A DNA stretch of 64,000 nt from the human T2T-CHM13v2.0 reference genome, Homo sapiens. The position numbers and the translations under genes are program-made. How positions within the stretch are numbered: position 1 is the stretch's first letter; every line of letters begins with the position of its first letter. The notes under the pieces are model-generated. The model made no database searches. It was not told the DNA's origin and saw nothing but the letters and a program-made list of their open reading frames with translations. This document shows, in pieces, positions 33,064-54,176 of this stretch. The stretch lies in NCBI RefSeq assembly GCF_009914755.1, contig NC_060928.1; one strand, 5' to 3'.

Positions 33064-33567
33064 GGAGGAGCCAAGACGGCCAAATAGGAACAGCTCCAGT
33101 CTACAGCTCCCAGCGTGAGCGACGCAGAAGACGGGTGATTTCTGCATTTCCAACTGAGCTTTGAAGAGAGTAGTGGTTCTCCCAGCACGCAGCTTGAGAT
33201 CTGAGAACACGCAGACTGCCTCCTCAAGTGGGTCCCTGACCCCTGACCCCCGAGTAGCCTAACTGGGAGGCACTCCCCAGTAGGGGCAGACGGACACCTC
33301 ACACGGCCGGGTACTTCTCTGAGACAAAACTTCCAGAGGAACGATCAGACAGCAGCATTCGCGGTTCATGAAAATCCGCTGTTCTGCAGACACTGCTGCT
33401 GATAACCAGGCAAACAGGGTCTGGAGTGGACCTCCAGCAAACTCTAACAGACCTGCAGCTGAGGGTCCTGTCTGTTAGAAGGAAAACTAACAAACAGAAA
33501 GGACATCCACACCAAAAACCCATCTGTACATCACCATCATCAAAGACCAAAAGTAGATAAAGCCACA

Positions 33568-34581
33568 ATGATGGAGAAAAAACAGAGCAGAAAAACTGGA
33601 AACTCTAAAAAGCAGAGCGCCTCTCCTCCTCCAAAGGAACACAGTTCCTCTCCAGCAACGGAACAAAGCTGGACAGAGAATGACTTTGACGAGTTGAGAG
33701 AAGAAGGCTTCAGACGATCAAACTACTCCGAGCTACAGGAGGAAATTCAAACCAAAGGCAAAGAAATTGAAAACTTTGAAAAAAATTTAGATGAATGTAT
33801 AACTAGAATAACCAATACAGAGAAGTGCTTAAAGGAGCTGTTGGAGCTCAAAGCCAAGGCTCGAGAACTACGTGAAGAATGCAGAAGCCTCAGGAGCCAA
33901 TGCGATCAACTGGAAGAAAGGGTATCAGTGATGGAAGATGAAATGAATGAAATGAAGCAAGAAGGGAAGTTTAGAGAAAAAAGAATAAAAGGAAACGAAC
34001 AAAGCCTCCAAGAAATATGGGACTATGTGAACAGACCAAATCTACGTCTGATTGGTGTACCTGAAAGTGATGGAGAGAATGGAACCAAGCTGGAAAACAC
34101 TCTGCAGGATATTATCCAGGAGAACTTCCCCAATCTAGCAAGGCAGGTCAACATTCAGGTAATACAGAGAATGCCACAAAGATACTCCTCGAGAAGAGCA
34201 ACTCCAAGACACATAATTGTCAGATTCACCAAAGTGGAAATGAAGGAAAAAATGTTAAGGGCAGCCAGAGAGAAAGGTCGGGTTACTCACAAAGGGAAGC
34301 CCATCAGACTAACGGTGGATCTCTCGGCAGAAACTCTACAAGCCAGGAGAGGGTGGGGGCCAATATTCAACATTCTTAAAGAAAAGAATTTTCAACCCAG
34401 AATTTCATATCCAGCCAAACTAAGCTTCACAAGTGAAGGAGGAATAAAATACTTTACAGACAAGCAAATGCTGAGAGATTTTGTCACCACCAGGCCTGCC
34501 CTAAAAGAGCTCCCGAAGGAAGCACTAAACATGGAAAGGAACAACCGGTACCAGCCGCTGCAAAATCATGCCAAAATGTAA
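33568..34581 (+). CDS. LINE-1 ORF1p (RNA-binding chaperone), uninterrupted 337 aa
   Basis: Near-identical to human L1 ORF1p (coiled coil, RRM, CTD; REKG and YPAKLS motifs). ARR-region reads ARRGW, and there is a small in-frame deletion near NIQVIQR. Confidence 0.85.
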   Translation: MMEKKQSRKTGNSKKQSASPPPKEHSSSPATEQSWTENDFDELREEGFRRSNYSELQEEIQTKGKEIENFEKNLDECITRITNTEKCLKELLELKAKARELREECRSLRSQCDQLEERVSVMEDEMNEMKQEGKFREKRIKGNEQSLQEIWDYVNRPNLRLIGVPESDGENGTKLENTLQDIIQENFPNLARQVNIQVIQRMPQRYSSRRATPRHIIVRFTKVEMKEKMLRAAREKGRVTHKGKPIRLTVDLSAETLQARRGWGPIFNILKEKNFQPRISYPAKLSFTSEGGIKYFTDKQMLRDFVTTRPALKELPKEALNMERNNRYQPLQNHAKM

Positions 34582-34644
34582 AGACCATCGAGACTAGGAA
34601 GAAACTGCATCAACTAATGAGCAAAATAACTACCTAACATCATA

Positions 34645-38473
<3,829 letters not shown>

Positions 38474-38695
38474 ACAATGAGAACACATGGACAGAGGAAG
38501 GGGAACATCACACTCTGGGGACTGTTGTGGGGTGGGGGGAGGGGGGAGGGGGGAGGGATAGCATTAGGAGATATACCTAACGCTAAATGATGAGTTAATG
38601 GGTGCAGCACACCAGCATGGCACACATATACATATGTAACTAACCTGCACATTGTGCACATGTAGCCTAAAACTTAAAGTATAATAATAATTTTA

Positions 38696-38723
<28 letters not shown>

Positions 38724-38726
<3 letters not shown>

Positions 38727-39068
38727 TGATGAGTTCATGTCCTTTGTAGGGACATGGATGAAACTGGAAACCATCGTTCTCAGCAAACTATCGCAAGGAC
38801 AAAAAACCAAACACCACATGTTCTCACTCATAGGTGGGAATTGAACAATGAGAACACATGGACACAGGAAGGGGAACATCACACACAGGGAACTGTTGTG
38901 GGGTGGGGGAAGAGGGAGGGATAGCATTAGGAGATATACCTAATGCTAAATGACGAGTTAATGGGTGCAGCACACCAACATGGCACATGTATACATATGT
39001 AAAAAACCTGCACATTGTGCACATGTACCCTAAAACTTAAAGTATAATAATAATAAAATTTTAAAAAG
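38724..39068 (+). mobile_element. Second L1 3' end (L1PA4-like), ~345 bp
   Basis: Repeats 38353-38700 with different diagnostic bases (gaaacc vs gaaatc, caccaac vs caccagc). Confidence 0.92.
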
Positions 39069-41697
<2,629 letters not shown>

Positions 41698-41714
41698 ATT
41701 TATTTCAGGTTGTG

Positions 41715-41998
41715 GGCTCGCCGTGATGGAAAGACACATCATGTGATTAAAGAGTTGGGCTTTTTGAAAGGTGAAATCAGCCCAACCTTCAGGGAGGAGT
41801 AGGGGGCTAGAAATTGAGTTCAATCGTGTGACCAGTGATTTAATCAATTTTGTCCGTGTAATGAAACCCCAGTAAAAACAACACTAAAGCTCAGTCTTCT
41901 CATTGGTGACAAAAATTAATGTGCCAGGAGGGTGATGCATCTTGATGACACAGAAGCTTCATGTTTGGGACCCTGCCAGGCCTCACCCTATGCATATC
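41715..41998. mobile_element. MER21-like LTR fragment
   Basis: gggctagaaattgagttcaatc..tgaccagtgatttaatcaat...gtaatgaaacccc...gtgccaggagggtgatgcatc...gggaccct-ccag-cctcaccctatg. Confidence 0.7.
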
Positions 41999-42100
41999 AA
42001 AATAAATAAATAAATTACTAATTTATGATCACCAAGCAGTGTTATTCAAGAAATGGAGGAATAATCAGGAAATCAACAAAATCTATTTTATCTGTAAACT

Positions 42101-42400
42101 TGTCACAAACTTTGAAGAGTCTTGGATTTTGCCCTACTTGCAAGGTAACTCAGCCTGACACAGTCTCACTGATGCTGGTAAAGTTGGCAAATACCCAACT
42201 TTTGGTAGTATACATAAAACTCCAGGACCAAGGGTGAAGAACAATTTATTTTTTAAAAAATAGCAGTAGCCTGGCTATCAGCAATTTTGTGCCTATTCCC
42301 TGAGGCCTAATTCTTACCAGGCAGCACAAATAGAATGATGACACCTGCACATACAGTGGGTTGCATTTTAGGAGAAGAGTCTGGCTTACGAGACCGATTT
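42101..42400 (-). mobile_element. Old LTR remnant (LTR40-like, uncertain)
   Basis: tgtcac start followed by gattttgccctacttgcaag...agcctgacacagt..ca.tgatgctgg, then tttatt. Confidence 0.5.
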
Positions 42401-42549
42401 TTTTTCCTTTGCAGAAAAACAAACAAAAAAACACCACAGAGGCCAGTGCAGTGGTGTGTGCTGGGGATGGTTGAGGTGAGAAGATTGCTGGACAAAATAG
42501 AGAGACCCCCTCTCTAAAAGATACATAAATATATATTTTTAAAAACACA

Positions 42550-42930
42550 TAAATCTACCCTCTTAACAATTTCTAAGTGTACATACAGTACAGTATTACT
42601 AATTAAATGCACACTGCAATTCAATACATCTGTAGAACTTTTTCATCTTTCATGATTCAAAGTTGAGCTAAAAGTTGAACAACAGCTACCTGTTTCCCCT
42701 CCCCCTTCCATGGTAGAAGGGGCCAAATACCATTCTACTCACTGTTTCTATGAGTTGGATTTCTTTGAATCCTTCATATAAGCAGAATCATGCAGCATTT
42801 GTCTTTTTGTGATTGCTAATTTCACTTAGTATAATGTCTTCAAGGTTAATCCAAGTTATCCAAATGAAAAGATTTCCTTCTTTTTTAAGGCCAAATAATA
42901 TTTTATTGCGTATATAAACCACATTTTTAT
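42550..42930 (-). mobile_element. L1MA/MB 3' fragment
   Basis: Reverse L1M 3' UTR (aaatctaccctcttaacaatttctaagtgtac...atttcacttagtataatgtcttcaaggtt). Confidence 0.75.
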
Positions 42931-43069
42931 TTATTTTTATTTTTTCGATGAGAAAAAAAGTGAAGTATTTATTTTCATTAATATCTGACTGAAGATTAGG
43001 ATTCCATAAATATAAACAACAAATCACTGTAGTAGCTATATAAGTCACTATAGTAATTTTGCAACTACC

Positions 43070-43360
43070 AAAAATTGCAAACATTTTCACATTGCATTAC
43101 AGATGTAGGTATAATAAAATATTACTTGCAGTCATTGCTACTTTAAAACTATAGGAGTTATTAAATCAGCTGCTAGATTTTTATAAATATACACATTGCA
43201 TTACATCACAAAGTATAAAATATTTTGATAATTTTATTTCATAATAATTTCCTGCAATCCTATGTATTTTATGCATTTAAAAACATTGCTCTGAGAAAGG
43301 TCCATAGGCTTCATCAGACTGTCAAATCACTATCTTGTGCAAAATCAAGAACCCTTGTAC
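43070..43360. mobile_element. hAT-Charlie DNA transposon end
   Basis: tgtattttatgcatttaaaaacatt..tctgagaaaggtccataggcttca.cagactg.caaa...aagaaccc. Confidence 0.6.
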
Positions 43361-43574
43361 TACAGGAAGATACACACAGGTCAAATAAGGATCCCTGGAG
43401 TTAGAAGAACAAGTAATAGCCCAAGGCAGCCTCCTCCTCTTTATTCCATGTCCTAGCATTAATCCTGCCTACCCTCTCTGTTCCAGGCCTCTGAGGTATT
43501 CCTCCTTGTAAGACTTGTACCCACCCATTCTTGTTCTGCCTCTCAACCTCTGCTCCAACTTCCATATATTTAGA

Positions 43575-44265
43575 TTAATTCATTCATTCATCAAATATTT
43601 TTCTGGGGACTTATTATACACTAAGTACTATTCTAGATAGTGAAGGTACAGCAGCAAAAGAACAAATAATAAAACTTGTCTTCACAGAGGACATTCTAGT
43701 GGGGGAACAGACCATGAGCAGAATAAAGAAGTATGATGTTAAAGCGTGTAAGGGAAAATAAAGCAGAGAGGCCAGGCTGCCTGAGATTCTTCTTCTGAAA
43801 ATAAAGCAGGGAAGGGAAATAGGGTTTTCCAGGAAAAGGGAGGGACTTGAAGTTTTTAAATAGAATGAGCAGGGAAGGCTGTGCTGAAAAGTTAACATCA
43901 GATACAGACTTGAAAGAGGAGAGGGTGAGTCACTTAGCCCTCCAGGCTGAGAGAAGAGCAAGTGCCAAAGCTGGAGTATGCTTGGTGTATTGGGAGAAGT
44001 CAGAAGGCCAGTGTGGCTGGAGTGAAGTGGATGTAGGGAAAACAGCAGGAGTGAGGTCAAGCAGATACGTGATGGGAAAGAAGACCACGTGGAGGAGCAT
44101 GGTAAGCTACTGAAAGGACTTCAGCTTTTACTCTGAGTGAGATGGGGACCACTGCAGAGATTGAGCAGAGGGCCAACATGATCTAAAATGTTTTAACAGA
44201 ATTTCACTGGCTTCCATGCAGTGAATAGACAAAGTGGGGCAGGAGCAAAAGCAGGAAGAATGAAT
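43575..44265 (-). mobile_element. L2 remnant
   Basis: (ttca)n end, then aaggacttcagcttttactctgagtgagatgggg. Confidence 0.8.
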
Positions 44266-44294
44266 AATGGATGCCAGCACTTGACGTGTGGTGC

Positions 44295-44470
44295 TTTGGA
44301 GTGGGCTTTGGAGCCAGGCTGCCTCAGATTCTTAATCTGTAAAATAGTATCTGTTCTTCACCAATAAAATGGAAAAAGAATAAACCTAATGTGAGGATTA
44401 GATCAGCTAATGTGGGCAAACTTCTTAGAATAGTGCCTGGCACATTGTAAATATTCATTAAATGTTGACT
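44295..44470 (+). mobile_element. MIR remnant
   Basis: ggctttggagccaggctgcct...tgtgaggattaga...cttagaatagtgcctggcacattgtaa. Confidence 0.65.
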
Positions 44471-44762
44471 TTCCTTACTTTTCTCAGAGCCTAGGATACA
44501 TGCTATGAGGGTACCACACCGCTATTTGACACATAGTGGGCAAGACGGTAGGACTTGAATAAGTTTTGGGGGGGATCTTGTTCCTATGTCTTGATTTTAG
44601 GAGAGTAGTTAAGCAAAGCAAGTATCAGATGCTGCCTTGAAATCTAGAACCTTATTCTTTTCATGTGATGATAGTGACAAAGCAACTGACACCAACTCTG
44701 ATTACAGAAAGTAGGGAATTGGTGAATTGAATGTGTACTGCTACTTAAAAAAATAGAGACAT

Positions 44763-45068
<306 letters not shown>

Positions 45069-45155
45069 AAATAGAGATGTAGCTATGATTATGATTAAAT
45101 AGATGAAGAACCAAAGCATCCTATAAGGAAGTATCTTTAAAATTGCACAGATGTC

Positions 45156-45854
<699 letters not shown>

Positions 45855-46254
45855 TTATCCATAAATGATAATAACTTTGGGAGGGATCAAGGGCCCATTT
45901 AAGAACTTGTGGTAACACAGTGGAGGAGAAAAATGGAGAATAACCAATGTGGAACAGTCAAAGGACAGCAGTATACCTGAGACATCTAGAGACAGGAACA
46001 AAAGACAAGGGTAGGAGCTATTAGTATCAGCCGCACAGCATGGGCTACTGTGGTCCCCACTCACCTGCTCTATAGAGGACACCAGCAACTGAGGTAACCA
46101 ACAGCCATCCCCACTGCAGACCCCTCCACTACCACCAGAGAGGGAAACATGGCTATGCCCCCTCCAAAGGCGCCACTGTTGGGCTTTTCAGGACTGGAGC
46201 CATCATCCCTCACAATCCCCTGCTAATCCCTGACATCTGAACTATGGTCATTTC

Positions 46255-46368
46255 TCTGTCATGCTTCCTGTTACGCCTGAAGAACTGTGGGTCAATTAAA
46301 CTTCTTTTCTGCATAAATTACCCAGTCTCAGGTAGTTCTTTATAGCAGTGTGAAAACAGACTAATACA
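46255..46368 (+). mobile_element. MaLR (MST/THE1-like) LTR 3' fragment
   Basis: attaaac.tcttttct..ataaattacccagtctcaggtagttctttatagcagtgtgaaaacagactaataca. Confidence 0.85.
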
Positions 46369-47170
46369 CCATACTACACAAAGCAATCCACAGATTCAGG
46401 GAAGTCCCTATCAAAATTGTAATGGCATTTTTCACAGAAATAGAAAAAGCAATCCTAAAATTTACCTGGAATTACAAAAGACCTTGAGTAGCCAAAGCAA
46501 TCTTGAGCAAAAAGAAGAAAGCTGGAGGCATTATACTACCTGATTTCAAAATAATTTATAAAGCTATAGTAATTAAAACAACATGGTACTGACATAAAAA
46601 CAGACATATAGACAAATGGAACAGAATAGAGAGCCCCAAAATAAATCCATACATTTAGGCAATTGATCTTCAACAAAAGTGCCAAGAACACACAATATGG
46701 AAAGGACAGCCTCTTCAATAAAGGGTGTTGTCAAAACTAGACCTCCACATGCAGCAGAATGAGAGTGAACCCTTATGTCAGCTGATATACAAAAATCAAC
46801 ACAGAATGGATCAAAGATTTAAACACAAGACCTGAAACTGTAAGACTATTAGAAGAAAATATAAAGGATAAGCTCCATGATATTTGTCTAGGCGATGATT
46901 TTTTTAAAATATGACCCCAAAAGCACAGGCAACAAAAGCAAAAATTGGCAACTGAGATTGTGTCAAACCAAAATGCTTCTGCACAGGCAAGGAAACAATC
47001 AACTGAGTGAAGAGACTACCCATGACTTGGGAGAAAATATTTGCAAACCATACATCTGATAAAGGGTTAATATCAAAATAAAGAACTCAACTTGATAGCA
47101 AGAAAGAAGTAATTTTATTAAAAAATGGGCCAATGACCTGAAAAATCACTTCTCAAAATAAGATACACAG
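46369..47170 (+). mobile_element. L1MA-type ORF2 fragment
   Basis: aagctggaggcatta.actacctgatttcaaa...aaggacagcctcttcaataaa...aaaaatcaac. Confidence 0.85.
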
Positions 47171-47366
47171 CCAAGCGCACCTCTAGTCCCAGCTACTTCG
47201 GAGGCTGAGGCAGGAGGTTCACTTGAGCCTAGGAGTTTGAAATGAAACTGGGCAACATAGTAAGACCCTGTCTCATATTTTTTTAAAAGGGAAGAAGATA
47301 TACAACTGGCCAAATAAAATATTTTAATTTTCACATTATTTACTGATGTGTATTTTAAAGAAATAA

Positions 47367-47718
<352 letters not shown>

Positions 47719-47719
47719 C

Positions 47720-48800
47720 ATAATTCCCATTTCTGATGTTCTTGATTACTTTCTGACAATATGAGTTTCTATTTCTTATCAAATCCACACAGTGTGAAAA
47801 AATTCCTTTGGCATTTCTTGTAGTGCAGGTCAGTGGATGATGAATTATCTTGTTTTCATTTATCTAAATTACTGTTTTTGTTAGATAATAGAATTCTGAA
47901 TTGACAGGGGCTTTCTTCATCAGCACTTAAAGATGTCAATTCACTGTCTTTTTCCTTCCATTATTTCTTGTGAGAAGTCAACATCATTTATGTTACTTTT
48001 TTGTGTGTGTAATATATTGATTTTTGTCTGGTTGTTTTCAAGATTTTTCTCATTATCTTTGATAATCATTTGACTTTGATGGTCAAATTATGACTGTCAC
48101 TTGATTATTATGTACCTTGGTGTGGTTTTCATTGAATTTATCTTGCTTAGGATTGACTGAGCCTCTTGAATATGTATATTTATGTTTTTCATTGGCTATT
48201 CTTTCTTAAATATTTTTTGCCCCCATCTTTTTCTCTTTTTTCTTGTGGGGGTCCAATAACGTATATTGGTCTTTTAAAAATATCGTTCTACAGATCACTG
48301 AAGCTGTATTCATTATTTTTTTTGAGGCGGTGGCTCATAAGATTTTTTAAGTACTATTTATCTATCATCAAGTTGCCTGATTCCTTCATCTGTCATCCCC
48401 ACTCTACTATTAAGCCCATTCAGCAAAGTCTTCATTTGCCCTTTTTTCAGGTCTATGATTTCCATTTGGTTCTTTTTCTAGTTCCTATTTCTGTGTTGAA
48501 ATTCCTACTTGCTCATTCATTACTAGCATAAATTCCTTTGCATTCTGGAGCATAATAGTTATAATAGCTACTTTTAAATCCTTAAGTACTAATTCTTTCA
48601 TCTTGGTCAACTTTGTGGTTGGTCTCTATTGATTCTGTTTTGTCTCTTTTAATTTCATGTCACATTTTCTTATTTTGTTAATATCTACTAATTTTAGATT
48701 TTAGCCTGGGCATTTTGAAAACTTCATGTTAGATACAATAGATTTTATTATATTTGTCTTAAAAAGTACCATTATGTTGTTTTTATAGACATCTAAATGA
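47720..48800 (-). mobile_element. Old L1ME/MD-type fragment
   Basis: T-rich reverse L1 ORF1-like sequence (atttcttgtagtgcaggtc, tagaattct...ttgacag, tgagaagtca). Confidence 0.6.
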
Positions 48801-49537
48801 GCTAAACTCAAATTCCAAACTATCTTCCTTGGAGTGGGCAGCAGCTAAAAAAAATCTGTGCAATTAACATTAAAATCTGCACAGCACATGTGTAATTCAG
48901 GGCACAGCCAAATATTTGGGCAGAGCTTTTGCATAGAATTTATGGTTTCCCTCTCTCACCCTGTATGCTTTTCTACTCACTTTTAGCTGCTGTGGTCAGC
49001 CCAAATTCTGGTCTGATTCCTCAGTTGGTTAAGACTGCACAGACATGGCACCACCTGGAACTTCTCACTCAAAGAGTCATAAAAAAGTTAAACTCACCCT
49101 ATGACACATTTCTAAAAATTATTGAACTTTGAAATTCATTATTGCACTGTTCTCTCTACCTATCATTTTGCCTGAAAATTTTTTATAATAAAAAATTCCA
49201 TGCTCAATATAAATATTTTAAAAATTAAGGCTATGGGAGGTAGAAAATGAAAGTTCCCTGCAATCCCTTCATCTATACATAGCCCCTATATATAGCCAAT
49301 AGACTATCTTAGTAAAGAATAATCTCTTGACTCAGACTATCTCAGAGGAAAACATTATTTCAAGTAAAGATATGAGATGAGATAGTCTTAACACAGCTTC
49401 CTCAGAATTACACATCACTATTCCTTAAAGTGCTGTTGAGAGCACTAGCTTTGTTCTGCATTTTCTTAAACCGTAGAAGTAACTAAAAGTTATACAAAGA
49501 GGGGAAAGGATTTTGTGTATCTCAGCTGTAATATTTA

Positions 49538-50677
<1,140 letters not shown>

Positions 50678-51300
50678 TTAGAAATACGGTAGAATATATA
50701 AAAATGAACAGTTAAATGAATTGAAGAGGGTTGCATCTGGGAAGCAGAAATGCAGAGTTTGTATGCTTGTTATTAATATTTGTTATAAAACAATTTGATT
50801 TTTAAAATTATGTATATATGGTAACAGTGATTAAATAGAAATTTAAGGTAGTAGGAACAACTATGTGAAATTAGATTAGAATTGGTGATATCAGCTTGAA
50901 CTCATGATTACTAATATTTTTTTCTTTAGTTTCATCTGCTGAAAAGGCATAGATGCAATGACACCTAAGTCGCAATAAGCTTGCTAAGCTCCCAGATATT
51001 GTTTTTTAAGCACCATTTTCTACTGTAAGGTGTCAGGACACTTTGCAGAAATGGCTCCTTTCAGTGCTGGGTGAGAGAAAGCCCAAAATAAAATTAGAAC
51101 ATCTTGTTGTACCAGAAAGTAAAGAACTGCTTTTATATATATATGTCCTATCAAAACAGCTAGGTTGAAAGGAGCTCTCACTAAACAAATCTCAGACACT
51201 TTGAACACCAAAATAAGATGGTAATGGATTATAATCCTTTGAGGAAATGGATTATAACTGATTCAATAATCTGGGAATCCCTAAATTCATACTGAAAACA

Positions 51301-51459
51301 CAGATGTTCCTTGAATTATGAGGGGGCTACATCCCAATAAATTCATCATGAGTCAAAAATATCCTAAGTCAAAAAATGCATTTAATAGCCTTATAAATAC
51401 ATTGTAAAGACAAAATATCATAAATTGTACCATCATAATAATAAGTTGGGGACCATCTG
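51301..51459. mobile_element. MER47-like Tigger MITE
   Basis: Terminal inverted repeats CAGATG...CATCTG followed by TA. Internal gg.tacatcccaataaa..catc.t.agt..aaaatatc.taagtc.aaaatgcatttaata. Confidence 0.75.
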
Positions 51460-51499
51460 TATATCATTAAACAGGGCAAAATGTAGGGCTCTTCTGGTT

Positions 51500-51801
51500 G
51501 TTTTTTGTTTGTTTGTTTGGAGACAGGGTATCGCTCTGTCGCCCAGGCTGTGGTGCAGTGGCATGAACCTGGCACACTGCAGCCTTTGCCACCCAGGCTC
51601 AAGTGATCTTTCCACCTCAGCTTCCTGAGTGGCTGGGACCACAGGTGCAAGTCACCTCCCCTGGCTAATTTTTGTATTTTTTGTAGAGACTGTGTTTCCA
51701 CTATTTTGCCCAGGCTGATCTGGAACTCCTGGGCTCAAGCGATCTGCTTGCCTCAACTTCCCAAAGTGCTGGGATCACAGACTTGAGCCACCACACCAGG
51801 C
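51500..51801 (-). mobile_element. AluJ
   Basis: Reverse Alu with a (TTTG)n tail. Confidence 0.92.
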
Positions 51802-51829
51802 GGGGCTCATCTTTTTGGCAAAATTGTTT

Positions 51830-52920
51830 CTAATACATATGGAAAGAGAACAATTATCATTTTGTAACTATCATAGTAAAGACTAGTTTAGGAAAAATCA
51901 ATAATACTGCTAAATTGTGAGAGAGGGGTTTGCTGAGGAGCAGAATATTTGCAGGAAATTCAAGTGTCTCCCCCATAGATTGCTTATTAGTTGCAAGTAG
52001 AAAACCAGCAATTTATACAGTGGAGAAACTGGGATCAAATTAACATCACTAATGAGAGACAAACAATATCACGTGCCTCCAAATGTGGTCTCTTGGAAAG
52101 AATATAACCTCATGTATGTAATATTACAATCAGGAATACATAACCTGAATCTAATCATGAGGAAACACGAGACAAACCCAAAGTAGGGAAGATTCTGTAA
52201 AATAACTGGCCCTTAACACACACACACACACACACACACACTCCTAAGAGTGGTGACAATGTGTTAATTTGATTGTTGTAATCATTTCACAATGTATATG
52301 AAATCATCATGCTGTACAACTTGAATAAATACAATTTTTGTCAACTATACCTCAGTAATACTGGAATGAACAAATGAACGAATGATAAATAATTGGCCTG
52401 CACTCTTCAAAAATCTCAATGTCACAAAAATACAAATGCTGAGGAACTCTTCCATATTAAAGGAAATTAAAAAGATATGGTAACTAAATACGGTATGTGA
52501 TCCTGTACTAGATCTATACTGGAAGGAAAAAATGTTAAATAAAGACATTACTGGAACAATTGACAAATCGGAATATGAACTGTAGATTAGATTAAATATA
52601 AATATTGTATCAATGCTAAATATCCTTAATTTGATAAACATACAAGAGGATACCCTGGTTCTTAAGAAATTCACACTTTAGAAATAAGGGGTATAAGAGC
52701 ATAGTGTATGTAACCTATTTTAGAATGATTCATAAAATACAAATAATAGGCTTATTTATATATTTATACATGTATATTACACATGAAGAATAGTAAAAAC
52801 AAGTGTGGCAAAATGTTAAGAATTGGTTAATCTGAGTAAAGGACAACAGGAGTTCTCTATTATTTTTACAACTTTTCTGTAAGCTTAAAATTATTTGAAA
52901 CTAAAAAGTTTAAAAAAAAA
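51830..52920 (+). mobile_element. Old L1ME/MC 3' UTR remnants with a (CA)n microsatellite at ~52216-52240
   Basis: taacctgaatctaatcatgaggaaac, aaaataactggcc, actaaat.c..tatgtgatcctg, aacttttctgtaag.ttaaaattattt. Confidence 0.7.
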
Positions 52921-52924
52921 AATG

Positions 52925-53266
<342 letters not shown>

Positions 53267-53851
53267 TTAATAACAGAAGATCTAAGTTTGTGCGCTACTT
53301 CTGTTTGTTAAATATCCTTCCTTAAGCATCACACTTTTCTCACCTGCAAAACACCATCCCAAACTTACAGAGGTCTCTTTTGATCCATACAAATTATGTG
53401 TATGAGAGATCTAACTGTAAATTATTATACAAATGACATTATAATATTAAATACTTAGGAGTTTGCCAAAATAAAGAATGGAGTTCGTTTTCTTAAGGTA
53501 CCGTACACATTAACTACAGTTATAACAAACTACGGAATAAGCGGTAGTGGTGTAAACGGTGTTCCTTAAAGGAAGGTAATGTTTTTTGCCCTGTTCCGTC
53601 AAGTCTTAAACGCTTGACATTTTAAAATAGTTTTAAACCCTTTCCGGAATTAGAAGTGGTATTTCGGACCGTGAAGTAACCGATCAGCCATAAGTGTCCC
53701 ATCTTTAAGGCCTGCTCTTTTACCCGTCTTGCAGAAGTTCTTCCGAGAGTGGGCCCGAGACAGCCTCCCGCCCGAACTAAACTCTCCGCAGCGCTTCCGG
53801 CCCTTGGCCCCGAAGTCTAGAACCCTGGGCCGGCCGCAAAGGAAGGTCTGC

Positions 53852-53948
53852 CGCGCATGCGCGCCCCGGCGCAGCCTATCCGGAGCGATCCATCTCGTTA
53901 CGTCACCACCAGCCTAGCTCGGACGGCAAGCGGCGGGAGATTTTCAAA
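53852..53948 (+). promoter_or_regulatory. NRF1, CRE and E2F/CDE-CHR elements
   Basis: CGCGCATGCGCG 53852-53863 (NRF1), TTACGTCA 53898-53905 (CRE), GGCGGGA 53932-53938 then TTCAAA 53943-53948 (reverse CHR). Consistent with known DREAM regulation of PLK4. Confidence 0.85.
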
Positions 53949-54038
53949 ATGGGAGCCCAGAGGCACCGCCCAGGCCTCGGAAGGTGTCAGGGAGAACTTT
54001 CCGTGGTTTCAGCGTCGTCGCCTGGAGCGGCGGTTTAG
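53949..54038 (+). promoter_or_regulatory. PLK4 uORF1 (29 aa)
   Basis: AAAATGG strong Kozak context, MGAQRHRPGLGRCQGELSVVSASSPGAAV, TAG at 54036-54038. Confidence 0.7.
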
Positions 54039-54051
54039 AGAGCCGAGCCTG

Positions 54052-54176
54052 ATGGGCGCCAAGGCCGGCTGGCTGCTTGGAGCGCTGCCTCGAAGGGACT
54101 GCGTGAAGGAAGCTAATCCGGAGAACCCAGGCCAGAGCCTGGAAATATGGCGACCTGCATCGGGGAGAAGATCGAG
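54052..54176 (+). promoter_or_regulatory. PLK4 overlapping out-of-frame uORF2 (exon 1 part)
   Basis: ATG at 54052, 95 nt upstream of the main ATG, with no stop before or across it. Confidence 0.75.
54147..54176 (+). CDS. PLK4: PLK4 exon 1 coding part
   Basis: MATCIGEKIE, donor GAG|gtgaaa. Confidence 0.96.
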
